Shown: piece after piece, positions 36,318-47,330 of the stretch
Position numbering within the stretch: position 1 is the first letter of the stretch
Layout of the letters: every line of letters begins with the position of its first letter
Virus record (IMG/VR): IMGVR_UViG_3300025276_000020
From: a virus
Reading direction: 5' to 3' (one strand)
DNA: 64,000 nucleotides
Made by a program: the position numbers and the translations under genes
The notes under the pieces: generated by a model
Database searches by the model: none
The model's input: the letters and a program-made list of their open reading frames with translations, nothing else
What the model was told of the DNA's origin: nothing

Positions 36318-39300
36318 ATGGGCATTAACACAGACTTAAACGTTGATCCGTACTATGATGACTTTGCTGAAGCAAAACAGTTTAACCGTATTCTGTTTAA
36401 ACCAGCGAAGGCAGTTCAAGCACGTGAATTAACACAATTACAAACTATTCTCCAAAAGCAGGTTGAACGCTTTGGCTCAAACATCTATAAGGAAGGTACG
36501 ATTGTTACCGGTATTAATATTACCGCTCGTCCTGACATCTTCTATGTTAAGCTAAATGACCAAGCAGACTTTACGGATCCTACAATCTTTGATCAGACTG
36601 GTAAAGTGACATACACTGTTACCGGCGGAACATCTAAGCTTGTTGCTAATATCTTTAAAGGCGAGAATGGTTTTCAAACTCAAGATCCTAATCTTAAAAC
36701 TTTTTATGTCAACTACATCGGCTATGATGGAACTCAGTCTGCAACAACAGACGTTAAAGAGTTTCAGCAAGGTGAAGTTCTAACTGTCAAGGTTGCTAGT
36801 GTAGCTGATTCAGCGTCAGCAACTCTTTACGGTGCTGTAGGCACAACTGTCAAAACCGTTACTGTCGCTACTGTGTCTGCCCACGCAGGAAGATCGTTCG
36901 GTGTTACTTGTGAAGAAGGTGTTCTATATCAGAAGGGTCACTTCATCTTTGTTACTGCACAGTCAATCATTGTTTCTAAGTACTCGACTATTCCTGGTAA
37001 TGTGTCTGTTGGTTTTACAATCAATGAAAACATTATCACATCTGGTCTAGACTCAACTCTATTAGACAATGCCGCTGGATTCAATAACGAGAATGCTCCT
37101 GGTGCTGATAGACTTAAATTAGTTCCTACTCTCATCGTATACACAACTGCTACAGAGCCTGAAGAATTCTTTGCACTCATTAGATATGTTGATGGTAACC
37201 CTGTACGTATTCGTACTGAGACACAGTTCAACTCTATCTCTGATGAAATGGCACGTAGAACATATGATGAATCTGGAAACTATATCACGAACGGATTGAA
37301 TGTCACAGTAGAGCAAATAGCAGGCAGTGCATACGCTGTTGTTGCTCCTGGTAAAGCATACGTATTCGGTAACGAAGTACGAAACATTTCTTCTAGAAAG
37401 ATTTTAATTAATCCTACAACTCTAACACAGTCTAAGACGAATCAACATACTGGCGTATCTTACGGACAATATCATACCTATAATCATACAACTGGTCAAA
37501 TAGTAGATAAGTTTGCCACAGACGGCACAAGATATGCGCTGTATAACGGCTCAACTAATATTGGATCATGTTCAGTATCTAACATTACTCCTGGTAAAAT
37601 CTTTGTCTACGCTGTAGTAAAAGCTTCGACAAAAGAGAATACTGTTATTACTAAAATTGCTAACACCACTCTGACAAACTCTGGAGAATTATTCGGCGCT
37701 AATAGTGGTGGTAAAATATTCGATGCTGGTAAATCGAATCTGGCTTCTACATCTGCCGTTAAGTTCACACAGAGAATAAGACTTGCAGTTGCTGATAGCA
37801 CCACTCACACAATCAGCGCAACAAGCACACACAGCCCTATATCAAACTCATCAATATTTGCTGTAAAATCTGACAACACTGTGATAGCACTTCAATCATC
37901 AGGTTATACAGGAAGCGATGTTGATGTAGTGTTAGCCGCTTCTGGATCCGAGTTCTTATATTACGATGCAATAGTATCTGGTACAAGCGAAGATGGTTTA
38001 CAAGAACTAGACGTTTACGTGAAGTCAACTTGGTCTAACGGTCAAGCAACTATAGGTCTACCCAATGCGATCAAGCTATTAGAAGTTATAGATGATGATG
38101 GCGCAGGCGCTGACGTAACAGGAAAGTTTAGACTTGTAAATAACCAAAATGATAACTTCTACGGAATATCATATATCACAACTAAGTCGGGTGCAACTGT
38201 ATCCAACAACAATCTCAGGATTAAAGTTAAGGTACTGAAGAGAACTTCTAACTTGGGTAGTGGATACATTTCAAGTTCAAGCTACAATACTGTTTCTAGT
38301 AAAAATCTTATACAGAATTATGTGGGTAAGAACGGCGTTACTTATACTTTAATAGACAGCTTTGACTTCAGACCATATCTCAGCCCAGTTGTATCGTATG
38401 CTGTAGGCATCTCGGGTGCACCTTCGGCTTCTGTCGTAGCGACAACAGTAGTTTTAGGAGTTCAGCCATCTAACGATAGCTCGATTACATCAACCCAGTC
38501 TTACTACATGTCTAGAATGGATAGCGTGGTAATAGATGAGTTGGGAGACATCACGCTATATGAAGGCGGTGAAGCAGAGAATCCTAGTATACCTAAACTT
38601 CAAGGGTTATATGCAATTAACAATATATTTGTGCCTGGAAATATAACGACAGTATCAGGTAACAATAGAATAAAACTTTCAGACGTATCGAATAAAAACT
38701 ATACGATGAAACAGATAGGAGCTATTGAAGATAAGATTGATAGGCTTGTCGATCTAGTATCATTGAGTTTGCTAGAGACAAACGCTAAAGACTTTTATAT
38801 CGATGATGGATCAGGTAGTAATAGATTTAAGAATGGAATATTGGTAGATGCATTCAAAGGAATGCAGAACGCCGCTCTAGCTGACCCAGAATTTAAGGCA
38901 GCGGTTGATAAGACAAGAACAATTGCCTCTCCTTCTGTGATGCAATTCCCAGTTGATCTAAAGGTTGGAGCATCTAGTGGTGCTAACAGCTTTAAAGATA
39001 TCGTAACTTTAGCAGATACTGGCACAAGGGTCACGATGATCTCACAGCCATATGCAACTAACTTTAGAAACTGTGTATCAAACTACTACAGCTATGATGG
39101 CAAGGCTGCGATCAGTCCTCCTTTTGACGCAGGGTATGACGTAGTTCAGAATCCAGCGATCAATATAGAGATAGACGTTGCTGGACCAATATTAGACTTG
39201 ATTGATAATCTTCAAGAGTTTGTTCCTCTGACAAACGAGACTTCTACGTCTAGTTCTAGTGGCGTTACAACTCGAAATCCTGCTGGCGGTCTGACACAGA

Positions 39301-41504
39301 CTACTACTACAAACACTACTACACAAACAAGTGTCTTAACAAGCGCCACCTCTTCGTTGACCGAAACCGTAGGTAATTTCGTCACTGACATTTCAATGAC
39401 TCCTTATATACAGTCTAGAGAAATGAAGATACTGGTAACAGGTCTACGTCCTAACGTCAGACACTACTTTTATTTTGAAGAGCAAGACATCAATGCCCAC
39501 GTTTTTCCTGCATCAGTCAATTCTACAGTAGTAGGATCTGGCACAGAGTACAACGTAGAAGATGTTGAGATTAATGGAATTCTAGGCGCATCTGTGCGAA
39601 CTGATTCAGAGGGTACGCTATCAGCAGTCTTCGTTATTCCTGAAGGAAAGTTCTTCGTAGGCGAATCAACTCTAGAGATAGCAGATGTTAGTCAATACAG
39701 TAGTATAACTTCAGCTAAGACTTCTTACAGTAAAGCAATATACAGAGCTTACAACTTCTCTATAGGCAAGTCCGAGTTAAGTACGACTACTCGTACAATT
39801 GATTTTGATGTTGAGACTAGTATTTCACGTAGAAGTATTCAGAGAGACAGAAATTTTGATCCGATTGCACAGACCTTTGTAGTTCGTGCATCTCAAACAT
39901 CTGGAGCATCAGTCGCTTTCATTAGTGACCTAGACTTATTCTTTAATACCAAGTCTACGACCACAGGCATCACTGTTGATATTCGAGAAGTTATTAATGG
40001 ATATCCTTCTAGCGTAGTTTTACCTTTTGGTAGAAAACATCTTAGATCGGATCAGGTAGCAGTATCGGCAGACGGATCTGCTGTAACAACTGTTACATTC
40101 AAAAATCCTGTTAAGCTTCAAGTAGAAAAAGAATATTGCTTTGTTGTTATTCCAGATCAGAATTCTCCCGACTACTTAATCTACACGTCTAAGGTTGGTG
40201 GTAATGACTTAGCTTCAGGATCTGCAATCACAAACGATTGGGGTGATGGAGTACTATTCACATCTACTAATGACAGCGCATGGAAATCTTATCAAGACGA
40301 AGATATTAAATTCAAGTTGAAAAGATATCAATTCCAATCAGCGGCAGGTTACGTAGACTTAGAACCTAACGATATGGAATTCTTATCTATAACTGGAACA
40401 ACTCTTTCTTTCAGAAATGACGAATTGGCATATGTTCAGAAAACAACACAGTACTCAGCTGGAGTCACAGCAAGAGCATTGACCATTACCGGCGGAAGCG
40501 CATTCTCTATAGGAGATTATGTTCTTCTCGTAGACGGCTCTAACAAGTTCTTATCTGAAATTGTGGGAGCTACTAATAGTGGAGCAAACTTGACATTGAG
40601 AACTCCTTATAATTTAACAGCGACTACTTCAGCGACAGCATACTTTGCGGTAGCTGGCAGAGTTTCTTACTTCAACAGTAGAGATGATGCAAGATTATTC
40701 TTACGCAAGAGTTCTGCGACAGCAACAAATTTCATTGTACCTACTGATGTTATAAGAGGATACTCAACTGGAGCATATGCAACTGTGGGAACTATTGACA
40801 ATGAAGATATCTCATATTTTCAACCACAGGTATTTACCAATAACTCTATCAAGACATCTACTAGTCTTACTCTATATAATGGATCAGTAATCGATAAGAG
40901 TATAGAAGATAATGGAAACGTCTACACGACAAATCTGCCTAGAAGTCTAAAGAGCTTGAGTAATATTGTTAATCCAAGTCTAAGTGTCACTCAAGATTTT
41001 AAGATTAGAGTTGCCATGAAGAACAATGGTTTTCAAACGGCTTCTCCTATAGTTGACTCTGACATATCTCTACTCAATGTGTATAAGTATAACATAACAA
41101 ACACTGCAACAACATCGTCTAATTGGGTAACAAACGAAGTAATTCTTGCTGAGAAACTTGATGCCGCAGGGTTGAAGGTTCTAGTAAGTGCATTCAGACC
41201 AGCTGGCACAATGATCGATGTTTATGCGAGATTTGTTTATCCTACAAACGTTGATACCCAGAGTGCTTGGATCCAGTTAGTGAATGCTTATCCTGAAATG
41301 TATTCTAACCCGTCTAACACTAAAGACTATAGAGAGTTCGAATATAATCTTTCTGATGAGACTAATGAGTACAGCACTTTTCAAGTGAAGTTTGTGCTAA
41401 GACATGCAACTAGTACGGAGATAAACGCAAGTGACCTAACAGTCACTCCGGCAATTAATATCTTTCCGCACTTGTATGACTACAGAGCGATTGCACTGAC
41501 ATGA
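36318..41504 (+). CDS. large virion structural protein (DUF4815/VrlC-like)
   Basis: PYYDDF, LFKP..AVQARELTQLQ, APGADRLK, ARRTYDESGNY, RFKNG.LVD.F, DPIAQTF. Confidence 0.85.
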   Translation: MGINTDLNVDPYYDDFAEAKQFNRILFKPAKAVQARELTQLQTILQKQVERFGSNIYKEGTIVTGINITARPDIFYVKLNDQADFTDPTIFDQTGKVTYTVTGGTSKLVANIFKGENGFQTQDPNLKTFYVNYIGYDGTQSATTDVKEFQQGEVLTVKVASVADSASATLYGAVGTTVKTVTVATVSAHAGRSFGVTCEEGVLYQKGHFIFVTAQSIIVSKYSTIPGNVSVGFTINENIITSGLDSTLLDNAAGFNNENAPGADRLKLVPTLIVYTTATEPEEFFALIRYVDGNPVRIRTETQFNSISDEMARRTYDESGNYITNGLNVTVEQIAGSAYAVVAPGKAYVFGNEVRNISSRKILINPTTLTQSKTNQHTGVSYGQYHTYNHTTGQIVDKFATDGTRYALYNGSTNIGSCSVSNITPGKIFVYAVVKASTKENTVITKIANTTLTNSGELFGANSGGKIFDAGKSNLASTSAVKFTQRIRLAVADSTTHTISATSTHSPISNSSIFAVKSDNTVIALQSSGYTGSDVDVVLAASGSEFLYYDAIVSGTSEDGLQELDVYVKSTWSNGQATIGLPNAIKLLEVIDDDGAGADVTGKFRLVNNQNDNFYGISYITTKSGATVSNNNLRIKVKVLKRTSNLGSGYISSSSYNTVSSKNLIQNYVGKNGVTYTLIDSFDFRPYLSPVVSYAVGISGAPSASVVATTVVLGVQPSNDSSITSTQSYYMSRMDSVVIDELGDITLYEGGEAENPSIPKLQGLYAINNIFVPGNITTVSGNNRIKLSDVSNKNYTMKQIGAIEDKIDRLVDLVSLSLLETNAKDFYIDDGSGSNRFKNGILVDAFKGMQNAALADPEFKAAVDKTRTIASPSVMQFPVDLKVGASSGANSFKDIVTLADTGTRVTMISQPYATNFRNCVSNYYSYDGKAAISPPFDAGYDVVQNPAINIEIDVAGPILDLIDNLQEFVPLTNETSTSSSSGVTTRNPAGGLTQTTTTNTTTQTSVLTSATSSLTETVGNFVTDISMTPYIQSREMKILVTGLRPNVRHYFYFEEQDINAHVFPASVNSTVVGSGTEYNVEDVEINGILGASVRTDSEGTLSAVFVIPEGKFFVGESTLEIADVSQYSSITSAKTSYSKAIYRAYNFSIGKSELSTTTRTIDFDVETSISRRSIQRDRNFDPIAQTFVVRASQTSGASVAFISDLDLFFNTKSTTTGITVDIREVINGYPSSVVLPFGRKHLRSDQVAVSADGSAVTTVTFKNPVKLQVEKEYCFVVIPDQNSPDYLIYTSKVGGNDLASGSAITNDWGDGVLFTSTNDSAWKSYQDEDIKFKLKRYQFQSAAGYVDLEPNDMEFLSITGTTLSFRNDELAYVQKTTQYSAGVTARALTITGGSAFSIGDYVLLVDGSNKFLSEIVGATNSGANLTLRTPYNLTATTSATAYFAVAGRVSYFNSRDDARLFLRKSSATATNFIVPTDVIRGYSTGAYATVGTIDNEDISYFQPQVFTNNSIKTSTSLTLYNGSVIDKSIEDNGNVYTTNLPRSLKSLSNIVNPSLSVTQDFKIRVAMKNNGFQTASPIVDSDISLLNVYKYNITNTATTSSNWVTNEVILAEKLDAAGLKVLVSAFRPAGTMIDVYARFVYPTNVDTQSAWIQLVNAYPEMYSNPSNTKDYREFEYNLSDETNEYSTFQVKFVLRHATSTEINASDLTVTPAINIFPHLYDYRAIALT

Positions 41505-41686
41505 GTATGGAAGCAACATTCGAAAGACGTGAATCAGGAATAGTCAACACTGATGTTTCTGCATTTCGTTCAGCTAAAGCCAGAATAGAACAGACCAAGT
41601 TTATCAAATCTATGGAGCAACGCATATATAAATTAGAGTGTGCGGTAGAATCGCTACAACAAACATGTAAAGAGAAATCGAAATGA
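41501..41686 (+). CDS. small coiled-coil protein
   Basis: ATGA-coupled on both sides. Confidence 0.65.
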   Translation: MSMEATFERRESGIVNTDVSAFRSAKARIEQTKFIKSMEQRIYKLECAVESLQQTCKEKSK

Positions 41687-42972
41687 GCATAACATTATCC
41701 CAAATCACAAACGAAAATACTTTTGGTATCTGGAAAGATAGAACAAACGCTATCATCACCGGTCTAGGAACTGTTGTAACTCTCGGAGATACTGCCGCAA
41801 ACAATACAGGCAATATCGCTTTGACTGGTAATGTAACTGCTGGAGGCAAACTTGTCTCAAACACTATAGACTCGGTGAACGGCACTTTGATAACAGTTGA
41901 CGATAACGTTCATATTAAAGGCTACCTAGACCTAAACTCCCAGTCTTCTGGCACAGCTTCAGCATTGAACATGAAGAATAACGGAACACTTACTTGGGTA
42001 ATGACAACTAGTGCCAATCACGCAGATTTATTATTTAAAAATGGACTAAAAGTTCTTCAAATTGATGGCGATGGAGTGGACGCTTCTACTGCAAGCTTGA
42101 CTGGTACGAATATCAAAATAGATAACTCTATTTTACCAACTACCCTTACACAAAACACAAGTGGTAATGCCGCAACAGCATCACAATGGGCAACAGGAAG
42201 ATTAGTAACTTTTGCAGGTGGCGATGTCACTGGATCATTTACTATCGATGGATCCGCTGCCGTTCCTGACATTGCATTGACTGTAGCAAATAATAGCCAC
42301 ACTCACCTAGCCGCTAACATCACAGACTTAAGTACAGCTTTATCTGGTTATGCTCTTAAATCTGGAGCCAGTTTTGTAGGTGCAAACGGAGTTATCAAAG
42401 TAGGATACAACGATTACATTCAACTCGGTGGGATCGCTGGATCAGGCGGCGCAGGCAGTGGGATCGGTGAAGCTTATATTAAATATGGATCAAGTATAGG
42501 TGGTAGTCCCAGGTTACTAACAATAGGTCTAACCCCAACTGGCACTCCTAGTACTACACCAGCTGGTATGATACTTGAGTTACAGGGTAAGAGTTTGAGT
42601 ATTAGAAATAATGATGCTATTGTGATTGCTATGGATGGAACAGCTGGCAGCATCACAACGATTGGCGACATCACAGCATTCGGCTCTTTCTCCGATCGAA
42701 GACTGAAAGAAAATATTGTTAAGATTGAAAATCCTTTAGATAAAATATTGCAGATTTCTGGATACACATTTAACTATATTGGTGATGATAAGCCTATGAC
42801 TGGTGTGATCGCACAAGAAATCGAAGAAGTTTTACCTGAGGTTGTTTATGAGACAGAAGCAATCGATGGCACGTCAGCTAAAGCTGTAAGACATGGAAAC
42901 ATAGTTGGACTTCTCATAGAGGCAATTAAAGAACTTAAGGCGGAAGTCGAAGAACTCAAGAAGGATAAGTAG
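41683..42972 (+). CDS. tail fiber with C-terminal intramolecular chaperone (peptidase S74)
   Basis: SDRRLKENI, GVIAQEIE.VLPEVV, LLIEAIKEL. Confidence 0.88.
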   Translation: MSITLSQITNENTFGIWKDRTNAIITGLGTVVTLGDTAANNTGNIALTGNVTAGGKLVSNTIDSVNGTLITVDDNVHIKGYLDLNSQSSGTASALNMKNNGTLTWVMTTSANHADLLFKNGLKVLQIDGDGVDASTASLTGTNIKIDNSILPTTLTQNTSGNAATASQWATGRLVTFAGGDVTGSFTIDGSAAVPDIALTVANNSHTHLAANITDLSTALSGYALKSGASFVGANGVIKVGYNDYIQLGGIAGSGGAGSGIGEAYIKYGSSIGGSPRLLTIGLTPTGTPSTTPAGMILELQGKSLSIRNNDAIVIAMDGTAGSITTIGDITAFGSFSDRRLKENIVKIENPLDKILQISGYTFNYIGDDKPMTGVIAQEIEEVLPEVVYETEAIDGTSAKAVRHGNIVGLLIEAIKELKAEVEELKKDK

Positions 42973-42974
42973 AG

Positions 42975-44261
42975 ATGGCTGTAAAGTCTTTTGATCCAGA
43001 TAACAATCCAGCAACAGCTCCGCCTTCATTAGCACTATCTGAAGTTGCATCCGAGTTTGGAGATCCTATAAAGGATTCCGGAGCCGCATCTAATACTGGG
43101 CATAAGATGAGCGAGTTCTATAGAGACGGCGCCTACGTTCCATCAAATTCGCCTTCTACCAATGCAGGCGTTTATGTAACAGAATCCTTAAGAGTACCTA
43201 ATACTGTTCTATTAGCAGGCAGTCCAGCGTATGCCTATCCTGGTGGATATCCACGTGATGAAATTATTGTCATTGATGTTGGCAATGAAGGCGGACAAGG
43301 TGGTGGCGTCACAACAGAATTGTATCAGCCTTCACTTAATGGCGACCCATTCTACGTTAGAGTTTTGAATATAAATCGTTATAGAGCAGGGTTCCCAAAT
43401 AATGGCGAAGTGAAATTTGTTTGGGGCACAAACATAGAAATAAATGTGACAGGTTTAGGGTTTGCAGGGCATTTGATTACACGTCCAGAGTATGAGGGGT
43501 TTATTTACTCAATATCATTTGAAATGTCACAGATCCCTGAGCTTGGAAATACAGGTTATAATACAGAATACTTATACCACCCGATTATGAGGAAACCAGT
43601 TGCGGCAGATGCAGAAGTTAATGATGATGTTCCCACAAGTGGTCCAATAAGCTTCTCTCAACTATATAGTAGTCAACAAGCAATAGTACGAACAATTACT
43701 GTACCTGCATTAGAGGTCAATAATCTTGAGAGTCAAAGAGGAGTCGAGGCTGGTGGGCTAGAGGGCGATCTATTCGGATCAGGAAAAAGGGGTAGTTGGC
43801 CAGGAATAGCGTCAGGCGCACCCAACGCTGTATTGAAAAGAGTTAGTTTTAATATAGGATTTAATTCTAAGATGACTGTTACGGCAAGTGGCGGTGTTGT
43901 GCCTGTTGAAATTAGAGGAAGTAGGCTTCAAAATAATGGAAACATGCAATCTCTTTCTATACGAGCTCCAGGCTGGAGAATAATTAGTCCTACTGGAGGT
44001 GTAGTTCTAGAAAGCAAAGCCGAAACTCTTACAAGCATCGGGACATACACGTCAGCAAATGGAGGCCAAAATGCCTCACCATTGGCTACTGGTAATATTC
44101 CAACAGCAACAGTGGATAATCTAACAGAAAAAGGCGTATATTATTTAGAGTTCGTTGCTCAAGTGCAAAATGACCAAACTGTCGGTCCCACACCAGAATT
44201 TTTAAATGTTGGAATTTACTGGAAAACACCAGCATTTGATATAAAGATAGAGACAACTTAA
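42975..44261 (+). CDS. fiber-tip/adhesin-like protein
   Basis: LSEV..EFG, MSEFYR.G.YVP and VPTSGPISFSQLY motifs; follows the S74 fiber. Confidence 0.6.
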   Translation: MAVKSFDPDNNPATAPPSLALSEVASEFGDPIKDSGAASNTGHKMSEFYRDGAYVPSNSPSTNAGVYVTESLRVPNTVLLAGSPAYAYPGGYPRDEIIVIDVGNEGGQGGGVTTELYQPSLNGDPFYVRVLNINRYRAGFPNNGEVKFVWGTNIEINVTGLGFAGHLITRPEYEGFIYSISFEMSQIPELGNTGYNTEYLYHPIMRKPVAADAEVNDDVPTSGPISFSQLYSSQQAIVRTITVPALEVNNLESQRGVEAGGLEGDLFGSGKRGSWPGIASGAPNAVLKRVSFNIGFNSKMTVTASGGVVPVEIRGSRLQNNGNMQSLSIRAPGWRIISPTGGVVLESKAETLTSIGTYTSANGGQNASPLATGNIPTATVDNLTEKGVYYLEFVAQVQNDQTVGPTPEFLNVGIYWKTPAFDIKIETT

Positions 44262-44279
44262 TATCCGTCTAGCAATAAC

Positions 44280-44287
44280 TATAAATA
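44280..44287 (+). promoter_or_regulatory. T4-type late promoter
   Basis: TATAAATA upstream of 44321. Confidence 0.75.
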
Positions 44288-44320
44288 AGATTAGATAACA
44301 AACATTAAAGGCAACAGAAG

Positions 44321-47300
44321 ATGACCATAAAATTTAGCGGATTAGATGCGATTACGATACCAGCAAATGCTGATCTCTTTGCCTTGTCCGATACTTCAGA
44401 AACAGCAACTAAGAAGATTACGTTTGCTAATCTTAAAACGTCTATCATCGATGCTAGTACGTTCTCAGCCTCTGGTCCTAATATACCTCTAATCATCACT
44501 GGATTAAATGCTTACGATGCTGGTACGGGTAACTCACTTAAAGCTTCACAGTTATACTCTGGTGGTGCATATAGAGATGCTTCATACTTCTTAACATACG
44601 CTAACATTGCTGGAACACCTACTGTACCATCAGATGTAAAAGATTTAACCAACACTACCGGATACGTAAGATTTCAAGGAGCTGTAGCAAACTCGGGCAA
44701 TGGACTTGTTTGGAGTGGCGCAGGGGCTAATAATACTGGTAACTCATCAACGATATCTACTAGTAATATACCAGAAGGTACAAATCAATATTACACTCTT
44801 GCTAGAGGAGCTGAAGCTGTAGTAGCTAATTTCGGCACACAGTTCAATATCTATAACAGCACTTTTGACAAAGGTGATGTGAGAGATAGTCTCGATGCAG
44901 AGGCAGCAACATTCATAAACACTCAAGTCACTGACGGACAGAATCAATCTAAGACTTTGCGCTTTGCCGCTGGTAGCTATGCTAAGAAAGCCAACTACGC
45001 TAAAGATCAAGTTCTAAGACTTTACGGAGCATCTACACTGTTTGCCTCTGACGCAATAGCAACATCATTCTCTGTTACTGTTACAGGCTTTGCAACAACT
45101 AGCGGCACTTCTAAGCCTGGCACAGGCGGTGTGATCAGCTATAGTTATAAGATTGCAGAGTTTGATGTAGTCACTGGAGAAATATCAGCGGCTTCTGCGG
45201 CGATTGTTAAGCCTATAGGAGTTCCAACAACTTCTGGAGCAAGTACAGTTGCTGGAGCATTCAATGCATCAGTGTTTAACAAATTATTATTCTCTAGTGT
45301 ACCTGCTGATAAAGGTGTACTCGTATACAGACAGATAGCGTCTGGTGGATACGAACTCACAGCAGTTCTTGGAAGAAAAGAAATGGACGCTGGATATTGG
45401 ATAGACTATCAAGCATTCGATTTCACAGCGTGGTCTGGAAAAGATGTTGTCACAAACACATATACTAGCATTACTCATTTCCCACTAACACCTCCTAGCA
45501 CTTCTAGAAGAGGTTGGGTAGACAAAACTATAACGTCTGTAGTAGATAACGGTGGAACATTCGATGTTATCGTAGACGATTTTGTATTCGTCAATACAGG
45601 CAATACCGTTCAAGTGTCACATAATGATACACAAATTATACAATCAGCTATCAACTCAAACGCCGCTGTCGGTAAAAAGAGTATCGTGCTTAACGCAAAA
45701 ACTTATAACTCTTCACAAATATCTATGCCTAATAACTTTGGACTAGTGGGTACATCATACATCACTAAGCTTAAGAAGTTAGCTTGGTCAGGAGGAGAAG
45801 CTGGTGCGGTAAACGCTAAGTTCATCAGATCAGCGGCAGCAACTGGAGCTACTTCACTGTCTATAGTGGGATTAGATATCGAAGGTAATGCTCCTAATCA
45901 ATTTTTATTCCCAGATGATACTACAAAAAACGCTAACTATCTCTTAGATTTTGGAATTAACTGTAGCTCACTATTATTAGACAGAGTTCGTATTAATAAT
46001 GCAGTAGCTGGTGGAGTCTGGGCAACATCACCTATTGAGATGAAGATGAATACCAGTGAGATCATAAACAGTGGGACATCAGATAGATACAGCTATTCTC
46101 CTCTAGTTGCTGACTTCGGTCAAGACACTATGATCGTGGGTAATAGATTTCAGAACTACACAAACTATCTCGATACTTCTGTAACCAATAAAGGTATTGT
46201 TGCCAACAACGTCATCAATAACTGTGGTAGTGGATTGTTTGTTTACGGATCAGTATTCTTTATATCATCGCCCAATGTTTTAATGGGACCAGCACAAGAG
46301 TTCTTACCAACTCCAGATATCCTCAACTCAGAGTACGACTTGATTAACATCGATCTAAGCTCTGCGGCAGGATCAAACTCTGTATACAATAGTCCTATAC
46401 ACGTCTATCAAGAAGACGGCGCAATATTTGACCTGTCTACAACGGCAGGATCAATAGTGAATGTAGAATATAGAGCATTCTATCTATCGAAGACTGCCGG
46501 AGGTGTTGAAGAGATTTACGGCACTACAACAAATTCAGGTTCGTTCGTTATCGGTAAGAGATACACAATTCTTACTGAAGGAAACACAACTCAGGCTAAC
46601 TGGAATAAAGCCGCAGGCACAGGTGGTTCTAATGGCACCACAACGACAGGAATACCTTTGCCAGCAAGAACTTACTCTGTAGGAGATGATTTCATAGCGG
46701 CTACAGTAGGCACAGGTGGATCAGGTATGGGTACAGCAACTAGTGGCGGTGTTGATACTATAGTAATCAACGATAGACCAGGCGATGCAACTAGAGCTAA
46801 CGGAGAATTTGCCTTTCAGATTCCATCAGCAACGGTGCAAGCAATTAAAACAGCAAATGGAGCATACTCGTACTCTACACTGAAAGCGGCTAACACTCTA
46901 CATGTAGGAATAGGTTGGACAGCATCTCAGAGAACAGAAGTTGCCGCCGGCACTATAAGTACTGCTGCCGGGGCTTGGTTTGTCGATTCTAATAATGGGG
47001 TAAACAACAACCCTCTAACAACAAGTAACGACGGGACTAGTCCAACATACAGAATTAGTGTTACGAATCTTAAGTACCTAGCTATAGGACAGAAGGTTAA
47101 ATTCAAAGATCATACAGGTTTCGCTAATCCTGGAGGTATAACAACAGGAACAGTAAAAACAATAACTACCAATAGCGCAGGTATTTCGGTTATAGAAATT
47201 CAATTCGTGGGTGCCGGTGGTGGAGAAGTCAACTCAGCATCTTTGAGTGCGGGTTTAGTTCCAAGCACAGCAGGCGGAACAATAAATATAATCGATACCT

Positions 47301-47329
47301 TTGTGATGGCACAAGGAAGGATAATCTAA
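44321..47329 (+). CDS. virion protein with right-handed beta-helix (pectin-lyase-like) domain
   Basis: NDTQIIQSAIN helix cap; IVGNRF and IVANNVINNCGSGL repeats; TSNIPEGTNQYYT fiber motif. Confidence 0.65.
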   Translation: MTIKFSGLDAITIPANADLFALSDTSETATKKITFANLKTSIIDASTFSASGPNIPLIITGLNAYDAGTGNSLKASQLYSGGAYRDASYFLTYANIAGTPTVPSDVKDLTNTTGYVRFQGAVANSGNGLVWSGAGANNTGNSSTISTSNIPEGTNQYYTLARGAEAVVANFGTQFNIYNSTFDKGDVRDSLDAEAATFINTQVTDGQNQSKTLRFAAGSYAKKANYAKDQVLRLYGASTLFASDAIATSFSVTVTGFATTSGTSKPGTGGVISYSYKIAEFDVVTGEISAASAAIVKPIGVPTTSGASTVAGAFNASVFNKLLFSSVPADKGVLVYRQIASGGYELTAVLGRKEMDAGYWIDYQAFDFTAWSGKDVVTNTYTSITHFPLTPPSTSRRGWVDKTITSVVDNGGTFDVIVDDFVFVNTGNTVQVSHNDTQIIQSAINSNAAVGKKSIVLNAKTYNSSQISMPNNFGLVGTSYITKLKKLAWSGGEAGAVNAKFIRSAAATGATSLSIVGLDIEGNAPNQFLFPDDTTKNANYLLDFGINCSSLLLDRVRINNAVAGGVWATSPIEMKMNTSEIINSGTSDRYSYSPLVADFGQDTMIVGNRFQNYTNYLDTSVTNKGIVANNVINNCGSGLFVYGSVFFISSPNVLMGPAQEFLPTPDILNSEYDLINIDLSSAAGSNSVYNSPIHVYQEDGAIFDLSTTAGSIVNVEYRAFYLSKTAGGVEEIYGTTTNSGSFVIGKRYTILTEGNTTQANWNKAAGTGGSNGTTTTGIPLPARTYSVGDDFIAATVGTGGSGMGTATSGGVDTIVINDRPGDATRANGEFAFQIPSATVQAIKTANGAYSYSTLKAANTLHVGIGWTASQRTEVAAGTISTAAGAWFVDSNNGVNNNPLTTSNDGTSPTYRISVTNLKYLAIGQKVKFKDHTGFANPGGITTGTVKTITTNSAGISVIEIQFVGAGGGEVNSASLSAGLVPSTAGGTINIIDTFVMAQGRII

Positions 47330-47330
47330 T

